Notes: generated from the letters alone by a model not told the origin. A stretch of DNA of 63,920 bases, filler included, from Choristocarpus tenellus KU-1152 (GCA_964200185.2; 9 parts of 9 records of this genome joined end to end with filler, not necessarily neighbours in it); one strand, 5' to 3'. Numbered from the whole stretch's first letter, positions 25,464 to 40,077 are shown. Numbers and translations: made by a program.

Positions 25464-28400
25464 NNNNNNNNNNNNNNNNNNNNNNNNNNNNNNNNNNNNN
25501 NNNNNNNTTAATTAATTAANNNNNNNNNNNNNNNNNNNNNNNNNNNNNNNNNNNNNNNNNNNNTGCCAGATATCCTTAATCTCCCCTTCAATTATTTCCC
25601 CTGGATATGTAATGTACCTACCCCCCGCCCCAGACACTTTGACACTAGGTATGGGATCAAACCTGGGTGGTGCATATCTTTGATCAGTCCTAGTACATCT
25701 AGTGAAAACCTCTCCGAGACAGATCTAGAAGATCAACGTTATCATAGACCGCATCTCATTTACTCGTTGAAGAGGAACATTGCTATGGAAAGAACTAGTC
25801 ATTAGGAATACGACCACTACTTTTTTAGTTCTTGCTCAAGTCAGATAAACTATACATATAGATGAGGTGAAAGCTGAGGGCAAGGGCATCTGGTGATGTA
25901 AGGGGAAAGATAAATTCCCATAGGTGGCACATGTTACAAAGCTTGCACAGGTGCTTTCAGATTTTTGGAATGGGGTGAAAATTGCACATAGCTGAAAAAC
26001 AAGGTTTTAAGGCTTTACATTGGGAATGATATACTGGCAGGGAGCCGTATGATAAGATTCTTATAGGTGGTCCTGTTGGGAGTGAAGCAGGAATCGAGAA
26101 ATACTGCATTTTCTGCCAGGGCAACAGAGAAGTATTTTGGAGTGTCTCAAGTGAAGGCACGAAAAGCAAGAGAGGACAGATTTGCTTTGCATTCTGGTAA
26201 TGGCAGACACTGCATAATACATATTCCCTGCGTGTGATGCTATGAGACTGGCCTTCCAGGCCTTGTTCAATGATGTTTGGGTCATTGAAATGTCAAAGTG
26301 TTTTTGAGATCATGCAGGCTTGTTATTTCATTAAGTCTCTACAGAGGCTGCCATCTCCCCATCATTCTCTTCAACATCCTTCTCAAATGTAACATCCTGG
26401 TGATGTCATCCTCAGTGCTAGGGGAGGAATGAGGTTCTCCTCCTTCGACTCGCTCTCCTCATCTTCCTCAATAGTCTTCAGGTTCAACGCCTTGTTCTGA
26501 GCACATTTGACGGCTCCACTCAAGGGCAGCAGTCCGCTCTTTCTCTTTTCCCCTTTTTCAGCATTCTTTCCGAGTTTGTACTTCCCCAATACTGAGCCTG
26601 TTGCGAAGTCTTCAGAATCCCAATTGTCTTACCCCTGTATGGAATCACTTGTATCTTATTAATGACTTTGAACTGTGTGAATCTGAGACCATGGGGCTCT
26701 ATGCGCAGTTCCCATCTACCGCATCGAAAAATCCTATGCTTTGTTGGACGTCATCAGGTCGATATTATTCCCGACCTGATCGGTAAACCCTAAAGAAAAC
26801 ACTAATACAGATGGCTCAGCTTCCACTAGTAAACTGTGCAACCACTATGACTCCCTTGCAAACAAAAGGCATACTTGATGTTTCCAATGTACTATCGCAC
26901 TGTGTCGATAGATTGTGCGGGATTAACTAGCGACGCAGTGTAGAGTGACATACAAACCGAAATTTTGACTCTCAAAAAAGTGAGAAAAAGCAGTACAGAA
27001 ACTGAGATTTGTTTCGTGTTACATTCTTTGTAGTTCTGTAATTGTTGAACTGAAAAAAAGGGAGGTGCAGCCATGTAGTATGTATGAACCGTGTAATACT
27101 CAACGTCAAAAATTGTGCAGGTGACATGTAGCTCAAGGTGGGGGTAGTCAAAACTAGTCAAGAAATGCGCAGAGATGCAAGCTACATGACATGTCTTGCT
27201 CAATGTAAGGTGACATGGACCAAATTACAACCTGGCTCTGGACTAGGTGTACTGCAATACTCCATTGTGTGGGTAGTGCTACGGGTTGGAAATCCGAAGC
27301 CTTCTGCTCTATTTAAGGTTTTACTAGAGAACAGTAGTTTTACTCGGCCATACAAAGTAGAACATCAAAGAAAGGACTTTTTATGCTCTCTCGATGACTT
27401 ACTCCCACTTTCATCACAGGATGCTTAGGATCACTGAGGAATGAACGACTTGAGAATTAGATGATTTGTATAGCATTAGTGAATTCAGAGATTATAAGCT
27501 ATGGCCAGCGCATTGTTGGACAGCAATGCCTTTTTGACAGAAGTCACTTGCTGGGTGTTATAGTGACTCCGTGTTACATCAAGTGCTTGCTAGGGTAGGC
27601 AAAGAGCGAAGAGACAGTAAGGACTTATTTTTCTTGCTATTATGCTGCCAGGACAATGCCACCCATCCAATTTACACAAGAATTGGCCCTGGAGACTGGC
27701 CATTCCATCCTCTCTAGGCCTTCTCGCAGGTAGTCGAATGGCCCACAGCAGAAACAGCAGCAGGGGGGAGGGGCGAATACAGAGGGTGTGATGCTTGTTG
27801 GTTGAAATAGTGGTTTACCATTAATCGTGTATGTCGGTTAAAGTGGTAAATATAGTGCCCAACTCCTGGACTGACTGAAGCAGAAGAATTAACTAGTGCA
27901 AAGTACAATATTTACAGTGAAGGGAACGAGCTTTCTAACACACCCAAGGATCGCTTTTTCGGAGCTTTAACCCAGACTGGCAGTTACCTGGAGTGCCCCA
28001 GGGGGAAAGGGCCACAGGTCGACCCTATCACATTTTAAGAACGCCTGGCTCAGGTCCATTAAAAGATGCATCACCCTGATTGACCTGTGCCTGGTCCTGT
28101 CAAAAAAAAAAAAACTCGACTTCGCCCTACTACATCTCATTTTTCCCAAGGCAGCCTTGTCAACAGTTATGTATTTACCGAGCCTCAGCCTAGAATGATT
28201 TCTGATTTTTATTGATCTATGGTATATATTCAATTACTACTGCTAATATGCTGAAGAGAACTGGAAGAATGATATCTACTAACGAAAAAAAAATGCTTCT
28301 TATATTCCAAGCGTAGAATGCTGTGTACTGTACTGTATGTTTGTCTTGTTAGTGTAATTTTGTTCCATGGTTTCAATGCATGAAATTCATTGTAAGAAGT

Positions 28401-31141
28401 GATAATTAATACTGTCTGATCAAATTCTTGAATACACATACAGTACCATAGTATGTACACTACCTATATATTGTTTGTCTTTCACATTATACTTTTTAGA
28501 CTTGTATTCGTGCGTTTTGACCAAAATTGAGATTTGCCCTGGTCCATTCAAAGAAATATCTTCCTAAGCCGACCCGTGGCCCAGTCAGGACTGAAGTTGA
28601 AACACCTCTGTCCCAGCCCTTGCTATTTTATTTCACCTAGTCAGGACTAGATGTGTCTGCCGTTTGTGCTTTCTAGATGTGCAAACATGGTGACATCACA
28701 AAAAATCAATATGCCTGTTTAGCTGTTTGTGGCCGTTGCCGTGACCTCAATCACCCGAGTGCACAGAATATGCAAGACAAGAAAAATATCATTTTTGAGC
28801 TTTTTCATGTTACAAGTTTCCATGTTAAGGGATGGTTCAAGCCTAACACCTTATAGGCAGCTTTTCTCATCTCGTCTACTTTCGGATTGAGAGGAAGAGT
28901 ACATTCCTCCCAGGACGTTGAACATTGTCCTAGGCATCCAGGATCGAAGTGATCAAGACCACGCATGGAAAATTGCTCATAGCTGGGTCTTCAATATTTG
29001 AGAAGGGGTTTCTTAATAAGTTCACCCCCAGTCGGCCATACCCACGGACGGGTCAATCTGGCAGTAGGTTCGTCCCCATGCAGAGTGGTGATGATGGTAT
29101 CAGAATCAAGTAGTGGCTCTACTGACCAACATGATGTGCTCCTAACATTTGTGTTCTCTGCAAGTTGTGGGACGTTTACAGGTATGGAGGGTCTACAAGT
29201 GGGAAGTTCATGTTACTCAACAAAAAGTGTCATCACGGATGGCAAGGAAATGTTTGTTTGCTTGGACTTTGTAAGCGGGTTTCCGCTGACAGTGGGTAAT
29301 ATCCAGCTAAGACAAAGGGCATGATATTTGTGCTCACAGTCTTAGGCACTATCGTGGTAGATGGAAGGGACTGCTGATGTTTTAGAGGGAAAAATATCTT
29401 GCCAGCACTAGTGTGAAGGGCTATCACCTGTTAGGTACGTTTTGTCTATCTTTAGTCTTGTTATGGGACTATCTGCAAACAACTGCGATGCAAAGTTCGC
29501 GGAATAAAGCTCTAAATATCTCGTCATTAGGTTTCAAATATCTCCACGAAGTAGAGATGCAGCACAGATGTAGTATGACTCATGTCCACAGGTAAGGGGT
29601 TGCAGAACTTGGCACTCTTTGAAATGTGTAACCGATACACTCCAGTGACAGCTCCAATAGGATGATACAGAAAACCATATTGTTGAAAGTGAACAACTTA
29701 CTCATCACTTCTACCTCCCGAACTTAGATCAGTTGTTTGCAACAACAGGTATTTCCTTCCTTCATGTTGGAGTTCTCGCTCTTAGATTTTCATCACATTC
29801 TGTCTTGGTGGTACTGAGGGAAGGTCAATAAGGAGGGGAGTTTGTCATAGGATGTAAGCTGATATTGTACCAGATGAAATAAATATGGAGTCCAACCTGT
29901 AGCAGCGCATTCACTACCATGATTTACTGTTCACCTGGCCGTGCCGATTGAGGCAGGTAGGTGCAATGAGAAGGTGGTGGTACCGCAAATGCTGTGCTGT
30001 GCTACGCTGTGAATTAATTGCTCAGGCCTGTTTCATGTAGTAAAATGCAAGTCGGTTGATGGAAGAGGGGGAAACGCCTGCCATACTGCTCTGTGCACCC
30101 TTTGAGAAGAGAGGGAACTTTCTCTGAGGAGGACCCTAAACAAAAGTAGATGATTTCCCTTCTTCCTGATAGTGCATCGAATTTCATAGAAGCACGTTAC
30201 TTGCGCATGATACTCCTTCACGCAGCCCTAGAGCCCAAAGTCTTCATTTCTTTGCCCTCCCAATGTCCAGCCCAATTGCAAGACAATATATGGACAGCAT
30301 TATGGAAACTTTAGTAAATCCCTTGAGCTACAAAGAAGGTGGTTAGTCCCCTTCGGAAATATTAATGGAAACTAAAGTTTCCAATTTGTTTGCTTTATTC
30401 TCTTTAATATTATAGGTCTAACATATGGACAATATTTTCCAGTAGGTGTAACACCCTTGGAATGGTTTTATGTATTCTTTCGATAGCTACATACATCTGT
30501 CTCGACCTTTGCTGTGATTTCTAGGTAAGCTCTTGAAACTGTTCCTCTCTTGTCTTTGGATTCCTTGTTTAACCTTGGTTTATGACGCCAATGTGGGATA
30601 AGGATTTAATAAAATCCTAGATTGAGTAAGCAAGCCAAGAGGTTAATAAAATAATCTTCACCTCATAAGTTGAGCACTGACTACCTTCTCAGTACGTAAA
30701 GGTTTGCTAAAGTTTCAAGAAGTGCTTCTTCGATCATCTTGGTGGCATTGATAACATACATTGGTGGGAATAAACATTTCCAAACAAACAACAAACAAAA
30801 CAAATAATTTTACCTGAAAGCAAACTCCTAAGCTGATACCATACCAAGTCTTTGGGTCTGATCTTCAGCCTGTTGTGATATTCAGCATTGCGACTGCTAC
30901 GTCATGTTAACTAGGTTCATTTACTCACAGCATGCAACAAAGGACTTCCTTCGAGGTTCAACAACATTGTTGATAGTAGAGTATTGACATTTTCCTATAA
31001 TATACATACAAAGTAAATAAATAATAAATGGTTGAGGAAGAAGGGTAATTGGGGCAGTCACTAACCTATTTGATTGTTTGTCGCAGCGTGTCTTTTTATA
31101 TGGTTGAATCGTTATTCATTCCCATTGTACTTCATGAATCT

Positions 31142-31401
31142 GAGTCAAAGCATACTAGAGGGTAGAACTGCATCCATTTGGAGGTCAAAATCCAATGTTG
31201 CAGTTTTGATGTAATTTTGGCTAGTGTATTTGTTAGAAAGTGTCAACATCCTTGTTCCGGACACACCTTTTCATAACGTATATATTTTGCCTACTCCGAA
31301 ATATTTTGGAGTAGGAAAATGTAATAAAACAAACCCCGAGGGAAGCCAAGCCCCAAATGGAAAACAGAGCAAAACTCGTACCCTCTAAGATACTTTAACT
31401 C
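31142..31401 (+). mobile_element. MITE family A copy
   Basis: GAGTCAAAGCATACTAGAGGGTA...TACCCTCTAAGATACTTTAACTC; 4-bp TSD ATCT. Confidence 0.9.
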
Positions 31402-31520
31402 ATCTGACGAGATGAACAACTTGCGGGGTGTGGGGGGACCACTTGATATTGTTCATGTATCTGAACATGTTGTCAAGAATGGTTGTCTTTCTTGTCAATG
31501 TTTCTATTCGTAGTATCAGC

Positions 31521-31777
31521 GAACCAATGCATCTTAGAGGGTAGAGCCGCGTCCATTTGGGGACCAAAATCTAATGTTGCGATTTTGATGTAATTTTGGC
31601 TATCATGTTTGTTAGGAAGTGTCAATATCCTTGTTCCAGACACACCCTTTCATAACGTATACATTTTACCTACTCCGAAGCATTTTGGAGTAGGAAAATG
31701 CCATTAATACCCATAGGAAGCCAAGCCCCAAATTGACAAAGAGGGGAAAACTTGTACCCTCTAAGATATTTTCTCTC
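31521..31777 (+). mobile_element. MITE family A copy
   Basis: GAACCAATGCATCTTAGAGGGTA...TACCCTCTAAGATATTTTCTCTC; TSD AGC (or CAGC). Confidence 0.88.
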
Positions 31778-34571
31778 AGCAACACAATTCCATCTACGGC
31801 TGGGGGTGGGTGGGAGAGCTCCATTGCAAAATTTCAGTATCACATCAACTCACATGGCACATTGCTCGTCAAGCGATTTAATTACTATTGCATAGAGTAT
31901 TGCAGGTTCTCATCCGTCCATCCAGCTTGTGAGGTAGCAGCAGTGCACCCAATAGCCGATGCATCCCAATGAAAATGAGCTATCAGCTGTAACATCCTAC
32001 CAGAGAATCAAGTGACCCGCAAAAAATATCTCTAACAAAGTTCTTATAGTTTGCTATCACGTAGCACAGTGAAACCGCCTCGTTCTGGTTTCAACTAATA
32101 ATCTGATGCTACTTGTATAGTGGCAAGAATTTCCATGAACACAGCGGAACTCGAAGGAACCTCCCAAACGCGCACGATGATGCAAACCATGTTGTGCCAG
32201 CAATATTTACGAACCACTTAGACCTTGTCTCCTGGGTCGACTGTGAAATACTTCAAAGCATAATTCTCTTTCCCTCCCCATCCAAGTCTGGGATGATATA
32301 TTGAGGAGGGGACCATAACAACGTGGATATAGGTTCATGCATAATTATGTTGGACCGTGGTCACAGCTTTAGATTACAGACGTCTTCACATATATCTGAG
32401 TCAGTCGTGAGCATGTGCATGAAAATGTTGGCAGTCAATAGCACATTGAATAGCCCAGAATGGCGATCGTGAGATGGGTGAAATCAGAAGACCCCCAACC
32501 CACCCAACTACATGCAAATAGTCATCACAAAAGTCACCAGGCACAACACATCAAAGGTACGCTGAAAAACTACATCACTCAAGAAATGGAAAAAAATACT
32601 CTGCTGAATAGATGTGAAGAAATGCACGATCAACACGAATATCCAAGCTTAGCTTTGGGACGGATAGAAGCTTTTTTCAGCTATCTCTCCAGCGGATGAG
32701 ACAAGTAGGGTAGCATCATGTGCTCTTTGCTTGCTAGCCACCTCTGGACTCCCTGCTGATGAAAATCTGTGGCATTACGACCATGATCTTCTCTCATCTA
32801 AGAAAGACAATGGCCAGCACGGATACAGCTGTATATATTTCAAATATTATTAGACCTACTGACATTTTGCAGAGACTTTTTTAGTGTCATGTAGGACAGA
32901 CAAGAAACACGAAGGAAAAAATACAATAAACACAACATCAATAGTCTGCCTGGAGAAGAAGTTCTATGCAAAGAATTCAACAAACACATCAACACGAGAG
33001 GACTATCAGAAATATAGCATCGATAATTTTATATTGCTACATTCTCCGGAGTACTAAGGCATTACGTTGATCATATGATACAATAATAATGGTGTTGCTG
33101 CTACAGCTGAGACCCAAAAGCAAAACCACTACGAGGGATCTTTTGGTCCTCATCGACTTTTAACATAAATACCTTTGCAGTCGGAAGCTTTAGGTGCCTT
33201 GGCACACAGGCAAATTAATATTTCTGGATGAGCGGGTGACTCGTGTTGTGGATGGTAGAGGGGCAAAAGGTTTCAGTAGGAAGGGAGCAGTGAAGGCACA
33301 TGTGCAACGGGTTATGCCAGTTACTCCTCACTTGGCGGTCTCGAGACGTGTTATGCGTTTCAAACATGGGAGCCCTTGCTAGGTCAATGGGTTAGGAGAG
33401 GTTTGACTGTTTTGCGGGAATTCTTCCCATCTTATTGTCCACCTTCGTATGTGTATCTATGATAGGAGTCTAGGTAGTTACAGCTTCACCTATTGCTATA
33501 GTTGATTTTTGTAGATTTTCTCGTTTTGACATATACGATACCTACCTCTCGTTATGTTTCCGATTGTTCTTTTCTGTTCCTGCTACTATGTTCTTTACTA
33601 CTACATGGTGATATTATTCTTTCCAGACTGCACCTGTCTGTGTTGTTTTCCTCCCTTTTTGTTTCTTGTTTTTCAGCATGTCAATCTCTGGAACGCGTCA
33701 GTGGGTATGTGTATATTAATACTAATTTTATCAATTAATGGCCATCTATGTAGTATTGGATAATGATACGTTGTACTAGCAGTAGCATATGATTGTAGCA
33801 AAATGACTCCACATATACTAAATTGATTCTTCCCTTGATTCTCACCCTTGATCCTCAACCGTCTTCGTAAAGTTAGCCTTTGAGTGCTGTTTTTCGTTGT
33901 TTTCTGGTCCATTGTTTTACATTCAACAATATGGTGTGTGTATGCGATCTTGTAGTAGTAGTAGTAAGTAGTAGCAGTAGCAGTAGTAGTCCTGTGGTAG
34001 GTATATTTGTTGTATACTTTATATGGATATCTATCCTCTTCTCTGGTCTCTGTTGTCTATATACATTATCTGTAGTGTTCTACCTTCACATTTCATATAT
34101 ATTGTCTGTCCTACACGAAAAATCCGTGCAACTTGTTAGTGGGCATAATATTATATTTTATGGATTTTGTCGATTGTGAAGGAATCAACAACATATCTCA
34201 TGGCAAACGTACGTGTTTGAACACATCAACACACTGAACCCACTTGGAAATACCGTTCTTTGATTACAATTGATGTTGTTGTGGCAATTGATGTTATTGT
34301 GGCAATTGATGTTGTTGTGACCATTGATGTTCATCCTTGATATCCAATGTAATCCAACTATGCTTGAGGGGGCGAAACACTGTTGTTACAGCAACCGCAT
34401 TCATCGTTTGTGAGAGAGGTACTAGTGTACTGGTAAAAAATGGATGGGTCGCATATGAATTCGTAATTGAACAACGTGTACCCGCTTTAGTCTCTCTCAC
34501 CCGATATACCTCATTATGTCTCGACATTTACAGATTCTCTCAAGATCCAGAGAAACCGTAGAACTAATACT

Positions 34572-36301
34572 ATGTGCTCTCGTCTCGACTACAGAACGCC
34601 AATGGATCTCAATCCGTTGGGAATTGCTAGTCTCACCACCGCTTGCAGCGACATTGATCTCGAGGTTCGCCGTCTGGGTGGAATAGATAGAGTTGTGTCC
34701 CTCCTACGTTCTTCGACTACGGATGGTTTCGAGAGTCCCACCTCTGCGGAACTCGCAGCAGCACTGTTGACCACCAGTTCTGCAGCAGCTGCCTGGGCTC
34801 GATGCTCAAGCTTGCACAATGAAACGAATGGGAAACGGAGTAAATCTAGATGCTTTGGGAATAGTGAACAGTCGGACATTGCTTCGACTCTGGGATCACG
34901 ATGGCCTGGGACATGTACTCTCTACACTGTTTTGCACGCACTGCAAGGTGATTACACCAGTTAGTTCCTTGCTGGGCGACGCTGCAGCCTTCTCTGCCCA
35001 TCAAATGTTGTCACTGATCACCCGTTCACCATGCGTAAACAGTGCCTGTCGCATCAGAGATGCGATCGAATCTCCTGAAGACTCTGGCGATGCTTGGCGA
35101 GGAGATAGCTGAATCAGGAGCCTTGAAGGATTTGGTTGATGTCCTATTCCAAGCCACGAAGGGGGGCGACTTTGAAGGCAAGCAAGGATGCAATGAGAAG
35201 CCCCATTAGGCACAAGTCTTGCTTTATTCTTCTTATGCATACCTCTTGCAATATGTTTTGCGTCTTGGTTGTGCCAGAGAAGAAACCAAAATACGTTTAC
35301 GTTCATCCTGCAGAGGTAGCATGTGGCAAGTCTTGATAATTCTGGAGTAGTGAAGGTGAGAAAATCTCAAGAGTTGGTTCCTTGTACTATAAGAACAGGT
35401 TGTTGACAGTACTGCATCTCCTGTACAGTTCAAGAATCCATGAAAACTGCACTCTCCCATCGTTGATTGGCACATTCGTACTGCCGCTTAATCCACTAGG
35501 TTGTGCACACATATTATACGCACTTTCTGTTGGCCTTGACGGGCGACCAAGGTTAAGCAGGGAGGTAGTGGAGTTTGGAGGAGTGGAACCTTTACTTCAG
35601 ATTGCCCTGGCTAATTGCAGAGGAGTTGCCTTGGACAGTGATGTCTGCACAAGCAATGTCATCCCACTCTCATTGAAGTGGAAGCAGCATGCGCAAGAGT
35701 ATGCCCTGTGCTGTCTGTGTATTATCAGTCAGGTACTTCGAAGTGCATTTCTCCCAAGAAATATTGACATGCATACCTCTTAGAATAGATGGATCATGTC
35801 TACCAAGACAGAATAGTCAGATTGAAATATCCTTATCCTTGGTCCAAGTCTCCTTCTTCAAAGGTTGGTTTAAAAAATTGTTTATGAAGCAAGCATAGAA
35901 ATTGTGAAGGTCTCAAGTACATTGCTTCAATGGTAAAAGGCATTCCAAGGAAGCAAGATCAAATTTGCATTCAAGAATTATCAGTGGCTGTTAATTTATC
36001 CTGATACAATTAAGTGTTACAAACACCTTTTAAGGATACCTGTATCTACCTGTATCACTAAATTGCCTTTCAAGTCAACAGCAGTCATCACAATAGTTAC
36101 AGGTCCTTGACAAGATACATGTACAGCCTAGTCTAACACTCAACATGCTAATGCATTGCTCTGTGCAGACATGTGATGCTGCTGTGGAACAGATTGTGGA
36201 ACTGAACTCAGTTGCACCCTTACTCGACATGGCCTTAGATTGGAATGAAACGCCTGTGAAGGGAGCGACTTGTCAAGAGGTGCAGTTCCATTCAGAAGCA
36301 G
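34572..36301 (+). CDS. Armadillo (ARM)-repeat-like protein, 5' part
   Basis: Phase-consistent exons 34572-34947, 35058-35177, 35500-35732 and 36169-36301. Four ARM-like motifs: VRRLGGIDRVVSLL, IAESGALKDLVDVL, VVEFGGVEPLLQIA, IVELNSVAPLLDMA. Intron 2 is GC-AG. Confidence 0.7.
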
Positions 36302-37095
36302 GTGCTCCTCCCATTCCAGTATGAGCTTGTGCTGTAAGGTATGAGTCAACTTCCCCCTTTCTATTCCTTGACAGGACTACAGGTCTCCCCGGTTGCACTT
36401 TTTGCCTGAAGCGTGACAATGTTTTGGAGGAGTTGTTAGCATAGCCACAGGTATATGCCACTTCACTACTATGTACTCCAGAGTCCAGTACAATAATTCT
36501 AAGTGTGTTGGGTGCCACATCGCCCCCATTCAAGCTTAAGCAAACTACACAAGAATTTTTTTTGTGACGCAGAATGCTACACGGGTGGCAACACAGTGTT
36601 GATAGAGGAAAGGAACAACTAGAGCCCTTTGTACCAACACAAGACCCAAAGTATCTGGGGGGGGGGGGGGGGGTGACCACCGGGTCTCCATTTGGGCCAN
36701 NNNNNNNNNNNNNNNNNNNNNNNNNNNNNNNNNNNNNNNNNNNTTAATTAATTAANNNNNNNNNNNNNNNNNNNNNNNNNNNNNNNNNNNNNNNNNNNNC
36801 CCCCCCAGATACGTTGACCCATACTGCGTATCAGTAGCACACGTTACAAGTGGTACATACTCTACTTTGTATCTTTGTGCTCCAGCACGTACCATCTCTC
36901 TGGGAACCATATTTTCGGCAGCACTTCTCCCTACCAACATGAGCAAATGAGAACATAACATTCAATTTTATTATTTTTATGTTCAAGAAGCAATACTGAG
37001 AGTATGCTTCAGTCTCCATCACATTTAGTAGCATTTCTTGGACTCACTAGTGATACATTGCTCCTGACCCCTCTCTCCTTCTCCCCCCTTGCCTC

Positions 37096-39140
37096 ACATC
37101 TTTGTCCGTGCTGAATCTTTTGGTAAGCTGCTGAAGGGAGATTGCCAAAGCCTCTGTCGCACTTCGACCCTTCTCTTGCACCAGTTGCAACTCTGACTCG
37201 AGCTGTAGAGGGTGTGGATGTTTGAATTTATTTTTGGGGAAGCAAGGCGGGTATACTGCCTGAGGGAATGATGGCAATGTCAAGGCAGAGATTGAAATAT
37301 ATTGCGTCTGCAGCTGAGGTGAACACAATTCAGTTAGTGATTGAAGAACTCACCCCTGCTTTCCTAGAGCAGGGACACACCATATTATGTGGTAGTAAAC
37401 TCCACAACAAAAAGCCTTCAGCATCTCTTCAGCAGCAAAAGACAAAGATTATATATCTGCCTCACAGCATACAACAGCTGGAATTTACCTCTTAAAACCC
37501 TACAACCTCTCTCCATAAGCTGCGGCTACTGACAAGTTTTCCGTACCCTTAGCCCAGGAATATATACTACAAAAACCACCTGCACTGGGGCACAAGTAGC
37601 AAGATGATTTAATTGTAATTCCTTCCTAAAGGCCCACCAATCATTATTTTCTACTAGTGCTCCATTTTCTATACCCTCCTCCTCCTCCCGCTAAACCTTG
37701 AGCACTGCGCAGCCACTGCAGAAATATACAAAAAAGCCCCCTACCACCTACAGAACCCGTGTCTAGAGAGATCCGGTAGGGGAGACTGGACTGCAAATTT
37801 ATCCTAACTGATTTGATGTGGTGTAAAGGTTACTCGATTGCTTCAAACTGCATTTTGTTCCATGGTCCTTTATCCCTCATATACTATTAAAGTTGTTAAT
37901 TCTGGCATCATCATTTTAAGAAATCCTTTCTCCTACCTTAGACGAGCTTGCAGCCGCCGTCTCCTCGACCAGTCCCCGCAGCTGCTCTAATTCTTCCTGC
38001 TGTGATTTTATCAGAGCAAGTGTTGCAACTGCCTCCTCGTGAGAATCCTTCAGGGCAGCATCAGCAACCTTAGCGTTTTCCTCAAGTTCCATCACTTTGG
38101 ATTGCAAGAACTCCTGCTCCCTCTGTGTTGACATATTTCCAAATGTTCAGACTGATCATGTTGTTGTGTTCTGTTGATTCTATTGATACAGGCACATATA
38201 CTTTGAAGATTGTAGATATTGATACAGGCTAGAATTGAGTCTTCTTCGTCCTGCCTCCTTCATTTTTCGCACAGAGAGCAGGAGAGGAAGGGATTTGAAG
38301 TTGACATATTCGTAATCCCATTCTCTGTTGTGAGGCGTCTTGTATTTACCCCATCACTACACATCGCGAGTGCCAATAAACCACACAGGACAGGGTACGG
38401 ATAAGGGTATGGTTTACCCTCAATGATCTTCACCAACACTCTGAGGACAGAGCCAAAGCATCTTAGAGGGAAGGGTCGCGTCCATTTGGGGGGCAAAATT
38501 CAATGTTGCGATTTTGATATAATTTTGGTTTTCGTGTTTGTTAGGAAGTGTCAGTATCCTTGTTCCGGACACACCTTTTTCATAACGTATACATTTTACC
38601 TACTCCGAAACATTTTGGAGGAGGACATGTCATTAAAAAAACCCACAGGAAGCCAAGTCCCAAACGGACAAACAGGGAAGAATTCGTACCCTAACCCTAA
38701 GATACTTTCACTCACATGTGCACAATATTTAATTCATGTTTGCTTTCACCTTGCCTGTCTTAGTCATTCAGATCCAGTGGACTCCAATACCTCAAGTTCA
38801 TGTCTATATCAAACCATCTCGTTTTCCCAAGTCATGCACACTCACATCCTGTCCACATCCAGACACCGACACAACTTTCAAGCCCTAGTATCTTACCCTT
38901 GTGTTTACTTCCATCTTCCTCTTGTTCATCTTCTATCAAGCCAGTTGCACATATATATCTACAGAGCCATTTACCTGCATTTCCAAGGAAACCTCATCTG
39001 AAGCCTGCTTGGCTGCCTCAAAGCTCTCCATCCCCTGATCAAGGCGGGTTTCAATGTCTTCCAATGCACCGGCCATTCCGTCACGAGCTTTCAACCTTTC
39101 CTCCATGTGTTCCTTGAAGGCATCAAATTCCTCCTTCAGA
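37096..39140 (-). CDS. Coiled-coil protein, internal exons
   Basis: Exons ~39135-38975 (EEFDAFKEHMEERLKARD..SLEMQ|gtaa), ~38150-37937 (EQEFLQSKVMELEENAKVADAALK..) and ~37204-37096 (LESELQLVQEKGRSATEALAISLQQL). E/Q/K/L heptad-rich with canonical splice sites. Confidence 0.6.
38450..38713 (+). mobile_element. MITE family A copy carrying CCCTAACCCTAA in its 3' TIR
   Basis: GAGCCAAAGCATCTTAGAGGG...TACCCTAACCCTAAGATACTTTCACTC; TSD ACA. Confidence 0.92.
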
Positions 39141-39607
39141 AAGCAATGGGGCGAAGTTTTGGTGGAATGGAATCTTAGTTGAAGGAATTAAGTTGTTTGG
39201 ATTGGGGCAGGTGCAATTTGATGGGTGGTAGGTTGTTGGGGACACAATGGCAGTTCAAGTTAGAACAGGATATGTGAAACTGGATGTTTGGGACACGGGA
39301 GGAAGAGGTGCTAGGCAGACAAAGGAGACAAGAACGGCAGCTGCTTGGAAAGGCATGTCACAGTGTGATGTGAGGGTGTTGTACAGTAAGGCACACCAAG
39401 GGGTGCATTACTGCCCTGGTGGCATAGACTCGACAGTTTGCTTGCAATGGTTGGATGGGGAGGGCTACAGTCAAAAGCAGGAAATGAAAAAGGTAGAGGT
39501 CAAGGTTTGTGGAAGAGTTGGGTTCAGGCCATTTCTAAGGCTTCAAATTTGTAGTAGAGACCTTGATATTTCAAAGGGTATGTGCATAGCACGTACCCTT
39601 TGAAGTA

Positions 39608-39865
39608 GAGTGAAAGTATCTCAGAGGTTACAAGTTTTTCCCTGTTTTTCCATTTCAGGCTTGGCTTCCAATGAGTTTTAATGATATTTTTCCTACTCCA
39701 AAATGTTTTGGAGTATGTAAAATGTGCATGCTATGATAAGGTGTGTCCGGAACAAGGGTATTGACATTCCCTAACAAACACGATAGCCAAAATTCCATCA
39801 AATTCGCAGTATTGCATTTTGGTCCCTAAATGGACACGGCTATACCCTCTAAGATACTTTGACTC
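39608..39865 (-). mobile_element. MITE family A copy
   Basis: GAGTGAAAGTATCT...AGATACTTTGACTC; 4-bp TSD AGTA. Confidence 0.9.
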
Positions 39866-40077
39866 AGTAGTAATATTCAAGATTGATAGATATGCTAACG
39901 AACATACACATCATCATGCATAATGGTGACTGAACTCATAGTCAGTTGTTCAACGTGAGTGCTCTCTTGGCTGGTTGCTCCACTGATGGACACCCCTGGA
40001 GATGTTTCTAATACGTTGGGAGGGGTTGCCCCTGCATTGTATGTCGAAGAGGTTCCTACAGAAGGTGACCATACATG

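Noticed and set aside
26383-26780. Acidic/basic minus-strand ORF as a gene
   Set aside because: Flanked by stops, with no consistent splice model or motif; it may be an exon but cannot be supported.
34589-34879. Protein-like minus-strand ORF
   Set aside because: Antisense shadow of exon 1 of the ARM gene, whose plus-strand model has consistent phases and repeated motifs.
35205-35315. Stop-codon reassignment or readthrough at an in-frame TAG
   Set aside because: Explained by a GC-AG intron. UBE2C ends in a normal TAA and conserved exons contain no internal stops.
38423-39001. 192-aa ORF with a twin at 39895-40242
   Set aside because: The shared peptide is just the translation of two MITE-A copies.
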